From contig OZ024759.1 in assembly GCA_964016885.1 (NCBI GenBank), forward strand, positions 1,364,001 to 1,428,000: a stretch of DNA of 64,000 nucleotides, read 5' to 3'. Below are positions 32,401-48,700 of this stretch, one piece after another (the first letter of the stretch is position 1; each line of letters begins with the position of its first letter). The notes under the pieces were generated by a model. It was not told where the DNA came from and ran no database searches. It saw nothing but the letters and a program-made list of their open reading frames with translations. Source of the stretch: Eledone cirrhosa. Taxonomy: Eukaryota. The position numbers and the translations under genes are program-made.

Positions 32401-35400
32401 CTATATTAGTAACATGACACAGTCTATATTAGTAACATGACACAGTCTATATTAGTAACATCATACAGTCTATATTAGTAACATGACAAAGTCTATATTA
32501 GTAACATGGCAAAGTCTATATTAGTAACATGACACAGTCTATATTAGTAACATGACAAGGCCTATATTAGTAACATGACACAGTCTATATTAGTAACATG
32601 ACAAAGTCTATATTAGTAACATGACAGTCTATATTAGTAACATGACAAAGTCTATATTAGTAACATGACAAAGTCTATATTAGTAACATGACAGTCATTA
32701 TTAGTAACATGACACAGTCTATATTAGTAACATGACAAAGTCTATATTAGTAACATGACACAGTCTATATTAGTAACATGACACAGTCTATATTAGTAAC
32801 ATGACACAGTTTATATTAGTAACATGACAAAGTCTATATTAGTAACATGACAAAGTCTATATTAGTAACATGGCAGTCTATATTAGTTACATGACAAAGT
32901 CTATATTAGTAACATGACACAGTCTATATTAGTAACATGACAAAGACTCTATTAGTAACATGACAAAGTCTATATTAGTAACATGACAGTCTATATTAGT
33001 AACATGACAAAATCTATATTAGTAACATGACAGTCTATATTAGTAACATGACAAAGTCTATATTAGTAACATGACAGTCTATATTGTACCATGACACAGT
33101 CTATATTAGTAACATGACATAGTCTATATTAGTAACATGACAAAGTCTATATTAGTAACATGACAGTCTATATTGTAACATGACACAGTCTATATTAGTA
33201 ACATGACACAGTCTATATTAGTAACATGACAGTCTATATTAGTAACATGACAAAGTCTATATTAGTAACATGACAAAGTGTATATTAGTAACATGACAAA
33301 TTCTATATTAGTAGCATGACACAGTCTATATTAGTAACATAACAAAGTCTATATTAGTAACATGACACAGTCTATATTAGTAACATGACAAAGTCTATAT
33401 TAGTAACATGACACAGTCTATATTAGTAACATGACATAGTCTATATTAGTAACATGACAAAGTCTATATTAGTAGCATGACACAGTCTAAATTAGTAACA
33501 TGACACAGTCTATATTAGTAACATGACAGTCTATATTAGTTACATGACACAGTCTATATTAGTAACATGACAAAGTCTATATTAGTAGTATGACAAAGTC
33601 TATATTAGTAACATGACAGTCTATATTAGTAACATGACAAAGTCTATATTAGTAGCATGACAAAGTCTATATTAGTAGCATGACACAGTCTATATTAGTA
33701 ACATGACACAGTCTATATTAGTAACATGACACAGTCTATATTAGTAACATGACACAGTCTATATTAGTAGCATGACAAAGTCTATATTAGTAACATGACA
33801 AAGTCTATATTAGTAACATGACAAAGTCTATATTAGTAACATGACAAAGTCTATATTAGTAACATGACACAGTGTATATTAGTAATATGACAGTCTATAT
33901 TAGTAGCATGACAAAGTCTATATTAGTAACATGACAAAGTCTATATTAGTAACATGACACAGTCTATATTAGTAACATGACACAGTCTATATTAGTAACA
34001 TGACACAGTCTATATTAGTAACATGACAAAGTCTATATTAGTAACATGGCAAAGTCTATATTAGTAACATGACAAAGTCTATATTAGTAACATGACATGG
34101 TCTATATTAGTAACATGACACAGTCTATATTAGTAACATGACAAAGTCTATATTAGTAACATGACAGTCTATATTAGTAACATGCCAAAGTCTATATTAG
34201 TAGCATGACAAAGTCTATATTAGTAGCATGACACAGTCTATATTAGTAACATGACATAGTCTATATTAGTAACATGACACAGTCTATATTAGTAGCATGA
34301 CAAAGTCTATATTAGTAACATGACAAAGTCTATATTAGTAACATGAGAAAGTCTATATTAGTAACATGACACAGTCTATATTAGTAACATGACAAAGTCT
34401 ATATTAGTAACATGACACAGTCTATATTAGTAACATGACACAGTCTATATTAGTAACATGACACAGTCTATATTAGTAACATGCAAAGTCTATATTAGTA
34501 GCATGACAAAGTCTATATTAGTAACATGACAAAGTCTATATTAGTAACATGACACAGTCTATATTAGTAACATGACAAAGTCTATATTAGTAACATGACG
34601 GTCTATATTAGTAACATGACAGTCTATATTAGTAGCATGACAAAGTCTATATTAGTAACATGACACAGTCTATATTAGTAACATGACACAGTCTATATTA
34701 GTAACATGACAAAGTCTATATTAGTAGCATGACAAAGTCTATATTAGTAACATGACACAGTCTATATTAGTAACGTGACAAAGTCTATATTAGTAGCATG
34801 ACAAAGTCTATATTAGTAACATGACAAAGTCTATATTAGTAACATGACACAGTCTATATTAGTAACATGACAGTCTATATTAGTAACATGACAGTCCATA
34901 TTAGTAGCATGACAAAGTCTATATTAGTAACATGACAAAGTCTATATTAGTAACATGACACAGTCTATATTAGTAACATGACACAGTCTATATTAGTAAC
35001 ATCATACAGTCTATATTAGTAACATGACAAAGTCTATATTAGTAACATGGCAAAGTCTATATTAGTAACATGACACAGTCTATATTAGTAACATGACAAG
35101 GCCTATATTAGTAACATGACACAGTCTATATTAGTAACATGACAAAGTCTATATTAGTAACATGACAGTCTATATTAGTAACATGACAAAGTCTATATTA
35201 GTAACATGACAAAGTCTATATTAGTAACATGACAGTCATTATTAGTAACATGACACAGTCTATATTAGTAACATGACAAAGTCTATATTAGTAACATGAC
35301 ACAGTCTATATTAGTAACATGACACAGTCTATATTAGTAACATGACACAGTTTATATTAGTAACATGACAAAGTCTATATTAGTAACATGACAAAGTCTA

Positions 35401-36290
35401 TATTAGTAACATGGCAGTCTATATTAGTTACATGACAAAGTCTATATTAGTAACATGACACAGTCTATATTAGTAACATGACAAAGACTCTATTAGTAAC
35501 ATGACAAAGTCTATATTAGTAACATGACAGTCTATATTAGTAACATGACAAAATCTATATTAGTAACATGACAGTCTATATTAGTAACATGACAAAGTCT
35601 ATATTAGTAACATGACAGTCTATATTGTACCATGACACAGTCTATATTAGTAACATGACATAGTCTATATTAGTAACATGACAAAGTCTATATTAGTAAC
35701 ATGACAGTCTATATTGTAACATGACACAGTCTATATTAGTAACATGACACAGTCTATATTAGTAACATGACAGTCTATATTAGTAACATGACAAAGTCTA
35801 TATTAGTAACATGACAAAGTGTATATTAGTAACATGACAAATTCTATATTAGTAGCATGACACAGTCTATATTAGTAACATAACAAAGTCTATATTAGTA
35901 ACATGACACAGTCTATATTAGTAACATGACAAAGTCTATATTAGTAACATGACACAGTCTATATTAGTAACATGACATAGTCTATATTAGTAACATGACA
36001 AAGTCTATATTAGTAGCATGACACAGTCTAAATTAGTAACATGACACAGTCTATATTAGTAACATGACAGTCTATATTAGTTACATGACACAGTCTATAT
36101 TAGTAACATGACAAAGTCTATATTAGTAGTATGACAAAGTCTATATTAGTAACATGACAGTCTATATTAGTAACATGACAAAGTCTATATTAGTAGCATG
36201 ACAAAGTCTATATTAGTAGCATGACACAGTCTATATTAGTAACATGACACAGTCTATATTAGTAACATGACACAGTCTATATTAGTAACA
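31450..36290. repeat. Tandem higher-order duplication, period 2541 bp, with a 295-bp (13-monomer) deletion in the first copy
   Basis: At +2541: gtcatt 32694/35235 and aaattcta 33301/35842. At +2246: gtgtat 31626/33872. The acgtg and gtccat monomers are absent from the first copy near 32400. Confidence 0.8.
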
Positions 36291-36989
36291 TGACAAAGTC
36301 TATATTAGTAGCATGACAAAGTCTATATTAGTAACATGACAAAGTCTATATTAGTAACATGACACAGTCTATATAAGTAACATGACAAAGTCTATATTAG
36401 TAACATGACAAAGTCTATATTAGTAACATGACAGTCTATATTAGTAACATGACAAAGTCTATATTAGTAACATGACAAAGTCTCTATTAGTAACATGACA
36501 AAGTCTATATTAGTAACATGACAGTCTATATTAGTAACATGACAAAGTCTCTATTAGTAACATGACAAAGTCTATATTAGTAACATGACAGTCTATATTA
36601 GTAACATGACAAAGTCTATATTAGTAACATGACAGTCTATATTGTAACATGACACAGTCTATATTAGTAACATGACACAGTTTATATTAGTAACATGACA
36701 TAGTCTATATTAGTAACATGACAAATTCTATATTAGTAACATGACAGTCTATATTGTAACATGACACAGTCTATATTAGTAACATGACACAGTCTATATT
36801 AGTAACATGACAGTCTATATTAGTAACATGACAAAGTCTATATTAGTAACATGACAAAGTCTATATTAGTAACATGACAAAGTCTATATTAGTAACATGA
36901 CAAAGTCTATATTAGTAGCATGACACAGTCTATATTAGTAACATGACAAAGTCTATATTAGTAACATGACACAGTCTATATTAGTAACA

Positions 36990-39900
36990 TGACAAAGTCT
37001 ATATTAGTAGCATGACAAAGTCTATATTAGTAACATGACACAGTCTATATTATTAACATGACACAGTCTATATTAGTAACATGACAGAGTTTATATTAGT
37101 AGCATGACAAAGTCTATATTAGTAACATGACAAAGTCTATATTAGTAACATGACAGTCTATATTGTAACATGACACAGTCTATATTAGTAACATGACAAA
37201 GTCTATATTAGTAGCATGACAAAGTCTATATTAGTAACATGACAAAGTCTATATTAGTAACATGACACAGTCTATATTAGTAACATGACAGTCTATATTA
37301 GTAGCATGACAAAGTCTATATTAGTAACATGACAAAGTCTATATTAGTAACATGACACAGTCTATATTAGTAACATGACACAGTCTATATTAGTAACATG
37401 ACAGTCTATATTAGTAACATGACAAAGTCTATATTAGTAACATGACACAGTCGATATTAGTAACATGACACAGTCTATATTATTAACATGACACAGTTTA
37501 TATTAGTAACATGACAAAGTCTATATTAGTAACATGACAAAGTCTATATTAGTAACATGGCAGTCTATATTAGTTACATGACAAAGTCTATATTAGTAAC
37601 ATGACACAGTCTATATTAGTAACATGACAAAGACTCTATTAGTAACATGACAAAGTCTATATTAGTAACATGACAGTCTATATTAGTAACATGACAGTCT
37701 ATATTAGTAACATGACAAAGTCTATATTAGTAACATGACAGTCTATATTGTACCATGACAAAGTCTATATTAGTAACATGACAAAGTCTATATTAGTAAC
37801 ATGACATAGTCTATATTAGTAACATGACAAAGTCTATATTAGTAACATGACAGTCTATATTGTAACATGACACAGTCTATATTAGTAACATGACACAGTC
37901 TATATTACTAACATGACAGTCTATATTAGTAACATGACAAAGTCTATATTAGTAACATGACAAAGTCTATATTAGTAACATGACAAAGTCTATATTAGTA
38001 GCATGACACAGTCTATATTAGTAACATGACAAAGTCGATATTAGTAACATGACATAGTCTATATTAGTAACATGACAAAGTCTATATTAGTAGCATGACA
38101 CAGTCTAAATTAGTAATATGACACAGTCTATATTAGTAACATGACAGTCTATATTAGTAACATGACACAGTCTATATTAGTAACATGACAAAGTCTATAT
38201 TAGTAGTATGACAAAGTCTATATTAGTAACATGACAGTCTATATTAGTAACATGACAAAGTCTATATTAGTAGCATGACAAAGTCTATATTAGTAGCATG
38301 ACACAGTCTATATTAGTAACATGACACAGTCTATATTAGTAACATGACACAGTCTATATTAGTAACATGACAAAGTCTATATTAGTAGCATGACAAAGTC
38401 TATATTAGTAACATGACAAAGTCTATATTAGTAACATGACACAGTCTATATTAGTAAGTAGACAAAGTCTATATTAGTAACATGACAAAGTCTATATTAG
38501 TAACATGACAGTCTATATTAGTAACATGACAAAGTCTATATTAGTAACATGACAAAGTCTCTATTAGTAACATGACAAAGTCTATATTAGTAACATGGCA
38601 GTCTATATTAGTTACATGACAAAGTCTATATTAGTAACATGACACAGTCTATATTAGTAACATGACAAAGTCTATATTAGTAACATGACGGTCTATATTA
38701 GTAACATGACAGTCTATATTAGTAGCATGACAAAGTCTATATTAGTAACATGACACAGTCTATATTAGTAACATGACACAGTCTATATTAGTAACATGAC
38801 AAAGTCTATATTAGTAGCATGACAAAGTCTATATTAGTAACATGACACAGTCTATATTAGTAACGTGACAAAGTCTATATTAGTAGCATGACAAAGTCTA
38901 TATTAGTAACATGACAAAGTCTATATTAGTAACATGACACAGTCTATATTAGTAACATGACAGTCTATATTAGTAACATGACAGTCCATATTAGTAGCAT
39001 GACAAAGTCTATATTAGTAACATGACAAAGTCTATATTAGTAACATGACACAGTCTATATTAGTAACATGACACAGTCTATATTAGTAACATCATACAGT
39101 CTATATTAGTAACATGACAAAGTCTATATTAGTAACATGGCAAAGTCTATATTAGTAACATGACACAGTCTATATTAGTAACATGACAAGGCCTATATTA
39201 GTAACATGACACAGTCTATATTAGTAACATGACAAAGTCTATATTAGTAACATGACAGTCTATATTAGTAACATGACAAAGTCTATATTAGTAACATGAC
39301 AAAGTCTATATTAGTAACATGACAGTCATTATTAGTAACATGACACAGTCTATATTAGTAACATGACAAAGTCTATATTAGTAACATGACACAGTCTATA
39401 TTAGTAACATGACACAGTCTATATTAGTAACATGACACAGTTTATATTAGTAACATGACAAAGTCTATATTAGTAACATGACAAAGTCTATATTAGTAAC
39501 ATGGCAGTCTATATTAGTTACATGACAAAGTCTATATTAGTAACATGACACAGTCTATATTAGTAACATGACAAAGACTCTATTAGTAACATGACAAAGT
39601 CTATATTAGTAACATGACAGTCTATATTAGTAACATGACAAAATCTATATTAGTAACATGACAGTCTATATTAGTAACATGACAAAGTCTATATTAGTAA
39701 CATGACAGTCTATATTGTACCATGACACAGTCTATATTAGTAACATGACATAGTCTATATTAGTAACATGACAAAGTCTATATTAGTAACATGACAGTCT
39801 ATATTGTAACATGACACAGTCTATATTAGTAACATGACACAGTCTATATTAGTAACATGACAGTCTATATTAGTAGCATGACAAAGTCTATATTAGTAAC

Positions 39901-42900
39901 ATGACAAAGTCTATATTAGTAACATGACACAGTCTATATTAGTAACATGACACAGTCTATATTAGTAACATGACAGTCTATATTAGTAACATGACAAAGT
40001 CTATATTAGTAACATGACACAGTCGATATTAGTAACATGACACAGTCTATATTATTAACATGACACAGTTTATATTAGTAACATGACAAAGTCTATATTA
40101 GTAACATGACAAAGTCTATATTAGTAACATGGCAGTCTATATTAGTTACATGACAAAGTCTATATTAGTAACATGACACAGTCTATATTAGTAACATGAC
40201 AAAGACTCTATTAGTAACATGACAAAGTCTATATTAGTAACATGACAGTCTATATTAGTAACATGACAGTCTATATTAGTAACATGACAAAGTCTATATT
40301 AGTAACATGACAGTCTATATTGTACCATGACAAAGTCTATATTAGTAACATGACAAAGTCTATATTAGTAACATGACATAGTCTATATTAGTAACATGAC
40401 AAAGTCTATATTAGTAACATGACAGTCTATATTGTAACATGACACAGTCTATATTAGTAACATGACACAGTCTATATTACTAACATGACAGTCTATATTA
40501 GTAACATGACAAAGTCTATATTAGTAACATGACAAAGTCTATATTAGTAACATGACAAAGTCTATATTAGTAGCATGACACAGTCTATATTAGTAACATG
40601 ACAAAGTCTATATTAGTAACATGACATAGTCTATATTAGTAACATGACAAAGTCTATATTAGTAGCATGACACAGTCTAAATTAGTAATATGACACAGTC
40701 TATATTAGTAACATGACAGTCTATATTAGTAACATGACACAGTCTATATTAGTAACATGACAAAGTCTATATTAGTAGTATGACAAAGTCTATATTAGTA
40801 ACATGACAGTCTATATTAGTAACATGACAAAGTCTATATTAGTAGCATGACAAAGTCTATATTAGTAGCATGACACAGTCTATATTAGTAACATGACACA
40901 GTCTATATTAGTAACATGACACAGTCTATATTAGTAACATGACAAAGTCTATATTAGTAGTATGACAAAGTCTATATTAGTAACATGACAAAGTCTATAT
41001 TAGTAACATGACACAGTCTATATTAGTAAGTAGACAAAGTCTATATTAGTAACATGACAAAGTCTATATTAGTAACATGACAGTCTATATTAGTAACATG
41101 ACAAAGTCTATATTAGTAACATGACAAAGTCTCTATTAGTAACATGACAAAGTCTATATTAGTAACATGGCAGTCTATATTAGTTACATGACAAAGTCTA
41201 TATTAGTAACATGACACAGTCTATATTAGTAACATGACAAAGTCTATATTAGTAACATGACGGTCTATATTAGTAACATGACAGTCTATATTAGTAGCAT
41301 GACAAAGTCTATATTAGTAACATGACACAGTCTATATTAGTAACATGACACAGTCTATATTAGTAACATGACAAAGTCTATATTAGTAGCATGACAAAGT
41401 CTATATTAGTAACATGACACAGTCTATATTATTAACATGACACAGTCTATATTAGTAACATGACAGAGTTTATATTAGTAGCATGACAAAGTCTATATTA
41501 GTAACATGACAAAGTCTATATTAGTAACATGACAGTCTATATTGTAACATGACACAGTCTATATTAGTAACATGACAAAGTCTATATTAGTAGCATGACA
41601 AAGTCTATATTAGTAACATGACAAAGTCTATATTAGTAACATGACACAGTCTATATTAGTAACATGACAGTCTATATTAGTAGCATGACAAAGTCTATAT
41701 TAGTAACATGACAAAGTCTATATTAGTAACATGACACAGTCTATATTAGTAACATGACACAGTCTATATTAGTAACATGACAGTCTATATTAGTAACATG
41801 ACAAAGTCTATATTAGTAACATGACACAGTCGATATTAGTAACATGACACAGTCTATATTATTAACATGACACAGTTTATATTAGTAACATGACAAAGTC
41901 TATATTAGTAACATGACAAAGTCTATATTAGTAACATGGCAGTCTATATTAGTTACATGACAAAGTCTATATTAGTAACATGACACAGTCTATATTAGTA
42001 ACATGACAAAGACTCTATTAGTAACATGACAAAGTCTATATTAGTAACATGACAGTCTATATTAGTAACATGACAGTCTATATTAGTAACATGACAAAGT
42101 CTATATTAGTAACATGACAGTCTATATTGTACCATGACAAAGTCTATATTAGTAACATGACAAAGTCTATATTAGTAACATGACATAGTCTATATTAGTA
42201 ACATGACAAAGTCTATATTAGTAACATGACAGTCTATATTGTAACATGACACAGTCTATATTAGTAACATGACACAGTCTATATTACTAACATGACAGTC
42301 TATATTAGTAACATGACAAAGTCTATATTAGTAACATGACAAAGTCTATATTAGTAACATGACAAAGTCTATATTAGTAGCATGACACAGTCTATATTAG
42401 TAACATGACAAAGTCTATATTAGTAACATGACATAGTCTATATTAGTAACATGACAAAGTCTATATTAGTAGCATGACACAGTCTAAATTAGTAATATGA
42501 CACAGTCTATATTAGTAACATGACAGTCTATATTAGTAACATGACACAGTCTATATTAGTAACATGACAAAGTCTATATTAGTAGTATGACAAAGTCTAT
42601 ATTAGTAACATGACAGTCTATATTAGTAACATGACAAAGTCTATATTAGTAGCATGACAAAGTCTATATTAGTAGCATGACACAGTCTATATTAGTAACA
42701 TGACACAGTCTATATTAGTAACATGACACAGTCTATATTAGTAACATGACAAAGTCTATATTAGTAGCATGACAAAGTCTATATTAGTAACATGACAAAG
42801 TCTATATTAGTAACATGACACAGTCTATATTAGTAAGTAGACAAAGTCTATATTAGTAACATGACAAAGTCTATATTAGTAACATGACAGTCTATATTAG

Positions 42901-45770
42901 TAACATGACAAAGTCTATATTAGTAACATGACAAAGTCTCTATTAGTAACATGACAAAGTCTATATTAGTAACATGGCAGTCTATATTAGTTACATGACA
43001 AAGTCTATATTAGTAACATGACACAGTCTATATTAGTAACATGACAAAGTCTATATTAGTAACATGACGGTCTATATTAGTAACATGACAGTCTATATTA
43101 GTAGCATGACAAAGTCTATATTAGTAACATGACACAGTCTATATTAGTAACATGACACAGTCTATATTAGTAACATGACAAAGTCTATATTAGTAGCATG
43201 ACAAAGTCTATATTAGTAACATGACACAGTCTATATTAGTAACGTGACAAAGTCTATATTAGTAGCATGACAAAGTCTATATTAGTAACATGACAAAGTC
43301 TATATTAGTAACATGACACAGTCTATATTAGTAACATGACAGTCTATATTAGTAACATGACAGTCCATATTAGTAGCATGACAAAGTCTATATTAGTAAC
43401 ATGACAAAGTCTATATTAGTAACATGACACAGTCTATATTAGTAACATGACACAGTCTATATTAGTAACATCATACAGTCTATATTAGTAACATGACAAA
43501 GTCTATATTAGTAACATGGCAAAGTCTATATTAGTAACATGACACAGTCTATATTAGTAACATGACAAGGCCTATATTAGTAACATGACACAGTCTATAT
43601 TAGTAACATGACAAAGTCTATATTAGTAACATGACAGTCTATATTAGTAACATGACAAAGTCTATATTAGTAACATGACAAAGTCTATATTAGTAACATG
43701 ACAGTCATTATTAGTAACATGACACAGTCTATATTAGTAACATGACAAAGTCTATATTAGTAACATGACACAGTCTATATTAGTAACATGACACAGTCTA
43801 TATTAGTAACATGACACAGTTTATATTAGTAACATGACAAAGTCTATATTAGTAACATGACAAAGTCTATATTAGTAACATGGCAGTCTATATTAGTTAC
43901 ATGACAAAGTCTATATTAGTAACATGACACAGTCTATATTAGTAACATGACAAAGACTCTATTAGTAACATGACAAAGTCTATATTAGTAACATGACAGT
44001 CTATATTAGTAACATGACAAAATCTATATTAGTAACATGACAGTCTATATTAGTAACATGACAAAGTCTATATTAGTAACATGACAGTCTATATTGTACC
44101 ATGACACAGTCTATATTAGTAACATGACATAGTCTATATTAGTAACATGACAAAGTCTATATTAGTAACATGACAGTCTATATTGTAACATGACACAGTC
44201 TATATTAGTAACATGACACAGTCTATATTAGTAACATGACAGTCTATATTAGTAGCATGACAAAGTCTATATTAGTAACATGACAAAGTCTATATTAGTA
44301 ACATGACACAGTCTATATTAGTAACATGACACAGTCTATATTAGTAACATGACAGTCTATATTAGTAACATGACAAAGTCTATATTAGTAACATGACACA
44401 GTCGATATTAGTAACATGACACAGTCTATATTATTAACATGACACAGTTTATATTAGTAACATGACAAAGTCTATATTAGTAACATGACAAAGTCTATAT
44501 TAGTAACATGGCAGTCTATATTAGTTACATGACAAAGTCTATATTAGTAACATGACACAGTCTATATTAGTAACATGACAAAGACTCTATTAGTAACATG
44601 ACAAAGTCTATATTAGTAACATGACAGTCTATATTAGTAACATGACAGTCTATATTAGTAACATGACAAAGTCTATATTAGTAACATGACAGTCTATATT
44701 GTACCATGACAAAGTCTATATTAGTAACATGACAAAGTCTATATTAGTAACATGACATAGTCTATATTAGTAACATGACAAAGTCTATATTAGTAACATG
44801 ACAGTCTATATTGTAACATGACACAGTCTATATTAGTAACATGACACAGTCTATATTACTAACATGACAGTCTATATTAGTAACATGACAAAGTCTATAT
44901 TAGTAACATGACAAAGTCTATATTAGTAACATGACAAAGTCTATATTAGTAGCATGACACAGTCTATATTAGTAACATGACAAAGTCTATATTAGTAACA
45001 TGACATAGTCTATATTAGTAACATGACAAAGTCTATATTAGTAGCATGACACAGTCTAAATTAGTAATATGACACAGTCTATATTAGTAACATGACAGTC
45101 TATATTAGTAACATGACACAGTCTATATTAGTAACATGACAAAGTCTATATTAGTAGTATGACAAAGTCTATATTAGTAACATGACAGTCTATATTAGTA
45201 ACATGACAAAGTCTATATTAGTAGCATGACAAAGTCTATATTAGTAGCATGACACAGTCTATATTAGTAACATGACACAGTCTATATTAGTAACATGACA
45301 CAGTCTATATTAGTAACATGACAAAGTCTATATTAGTAGTATGACAAAGTCTATATTAGTAACATGACAAAGTCTATATTAGTAACATGACACAGTCTAT
45401 ATTAGTAAGTAGACAAAGTCTATATTAGTAACATGACAAAGTCTATATTAGTAACATGACAGTCTATATTAGTAACATGACAAAGTCTATATTAGTAACA
45501 TGACAAAGTCTCTATTAGTAACATGACAAAGTCTATATTAGTAACATGGCAGTCTATATTAGTTACATGACAAAGTCTATATTAGTAACATGACACAGTC
45601 TATATTAGTAACATGACAAAGTCTATATTAGTAACATGACGGTCTATATTAGTAACATGACAGTCTATATTAGTAGCATGACAAAGTCTATATTAGTAAC
45701 ATGACACAGTCTATATTAGTAACATGACACAGTCTATATTAGTAACATGACAAAGTCTATATTAGTAGCA
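36990..45770. repeat. Tandem higher-order duplication, period 4379 bp, each copy containing a nested 2572-bp-offset duplication
   Basis: At +4379: gacagagttt 37083/41462, gtcga 37450/41829 and 40022/44401, aagtagac 38458/42837 and 41030/45409, gtcatt 39325/43704. Internal +2572: 37450/40022 and 38458/41030. Confidence 0.9.
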
Positions 45771-48700
45771 TGACAAAGTCTATATTAGTAACATGACACA
45801 GTCTATATTAGTAACGTGACAAAGTCTATATTAGTAGCATGACAAAGTCTATATTAGTAACATGACAAAGTCTATATTAGTAACATGACACAGTCTATAT
45901 TAGTAACATGACAGTCTATATTAGTAACATGACAGTCCATATTAGTAGCATGACAAAGTCTATATTAGTAACATGACAAAGTCTATATTAGTAACATGAC
46001 ACAGTCTATATTAGTAACATGACACAGTCTATATTAGTAACATCATACAGTCTATATTAGTAACATGACAAAGTCTATATTAGTAACATGGCAAAGTCTA
46101 TATTAGTAACATGACACAGTCTATATTAGTAACATGACAAGGCCTATATTAGTAACATGACACAGTCTATATTAGTAACATGACAAAGTCTATATTAGTA
46201 ACATGACAGTCTATATTAGTAACATGACAAAGTCTATATTAGTAACATGACAAAGTCTATATTAGTAACATGACAGTCATTATTAGTAACATGACACAGT
46301 CTATATTAGTAACATGACAAAGTCTATATTAGTAACATGACACAGTCTATATTAGTAACATGACACAGTCTATATTAGTAACATGACACAGTTTATATTA
46401 GTAACATGACAAAGTCTATATTAGTAACATGACAAAGTCTATATTAGTAACATGGCAGTCTATATTAGTTACATGACAAAGTCTATATTAGTAACATGAC
46501 ACAGTCTATATTAGTAACATGACAAAGACTCTATTAGTAACATGACAAAGTCTATATTAGTAACATGACAGTCTATATTAGTAACATGACAAAATCTATA
46601 TTAGTAACATGACAGTCTATATTAGTAACATGACAAAGTCTATATTAGTAACATGACAGTCTATATTGTACCATGACACAGTCTATATTAGTAACATGAC
46701 ATAGTCTATATTAGTAACATGACAAAGTCTATATTAGTAACATGACAGTCTATATTGTAACATGACACAGTCTATATATTAGTAACATGACACAGTCTAT
46801 ATTAGTAACATGACAGTCTATATTAGTAACATGACAAAGTCTATATTAGTAACATGACAAAGTGTATATTAGTAACATGACAAATTCTATATTAGTAGCA
46901 TGACACAGTCTATATTAGTAACATAACAAAGTCTATATTAGTAACATGACACAGTCTATATTAGTAACATGACAAAGTCTATATTAGTAACATGACACAG
47001 TCTATATTAGTAACATGACATAGTCTATATTAGTAACATGACAAAGTCTATATTAGTAGCATGACACAGTCTAAATTAGTAACATGACACAGTCTATATT
47101 AGTAACATGACAGTCTATATTAGTTACATGACACAGTCTATATTAGTAACATGACAAAGTCTATATTAGTAGTATGACAAAGTCTATATTAGTAACATGA
47201 CAGTCTATATTAGTAACATGACAAAGTCTATATTAGTAGCATGACAAAGTCTATATTAGTAGCATGACACAGTCTATATTAGTAACATGACACAGTCTAT
47301 ATTAGTAACATGACACAGTCTATATTAGTAACATGACAAAGTCTATATTAGTAGCATGACAAAGTCTATATTAGTAACATGACAAAGTCTATATTAGTAA
47401 CATGACACAGTCTATATAAGTAACATGACAAAGTCTATATTAGTAACATGACAAAGTCTATATTAGTAACATGACAGTCTATATTAGTAACATGACAAAG
47501 TCTATATTAGTAACATGACAAAGTCTCTATTAGTAACATGACAAAGTCTATATTAGTAACATGACAGTCTATATTAGTAACATGACAAAGTCTCTATTAG
47601 TAACATGACAAAGTCTATATTAGTAACATGACAGTCTATATTAGTAACATGACAAAGTCTATATTAGTAACATGACAGTCTATATTGTAACATGACACAG
47701 TCTATATTAGTAACATGACACAGTTTATATTAGTAACATGACATAGTCTATATTAGTAACATGACAAAGTCTATATTAGTAACATGACAGTCTATATTGT
47801 AACATGACACAGTCTATATTAGTAACATGACACAGTCTATATTAGTAACATGACAGTCTATATTAGTAACATGACAAAGTCTATATTAGTAACATGACAA
47901 AGTCTATATTAGTAACATGACAAAGTCTATATTAGTAACATGACAAAGTCTATATTAGTAGCATGACACAGTCTATATTAGTAACATGACAAAGTCTATA
48001 TTAGTAACATGACACAGTCTATATTAGTAACATGACAAAGTCTATATTAGTAGCATGACAAAGTCTATATTAGTAACATGACACAGTCTATATTATTAAC
48101 ATGACACAGTCTATATTAGTAACATGACACAGTTTATATTAGTAGCATGACAAAGTCTATATTGTAACATGACACAGTCTATATTAGTAACATGACAAAG
48201 TCTATATTAGTAGCATGACAAAGTCTATATTAGTAACATGACAAAGTCTATATTAGTAACATGACACAGTCTATATTAGTAACATGACAGTCTATATTAG
48301 TAGCATGACAAAGTCTATATTAGTAACATGACAAAGTCTATATTAGTAACATGACACAGTCTATATTAGTAACATGACACAGTCTATATTAGTAACATGA
48401 CAGTCTATATTAGTAACATGACAAAGTCTATATTAGTAACATGACACAGTCGATATTAGTAACATGACACAGTCTATATTATTAACATGACACAGTTTAT
48501 ATTAGTAACATGACAAAGTCTATATTAGTAACATGACAAAGTCTATATTAGTAACATGGCAGTCTATATTAGTTACATGACAAAGTCTATATTAGTAACA
48601 TGACACAGTCTATATTAGTAACATGACAAAGACTCTATTAGTAACATGACAAAGTCTATATTAGTAACATGACAGTCTATATTAGTAACATGACAGTCTA

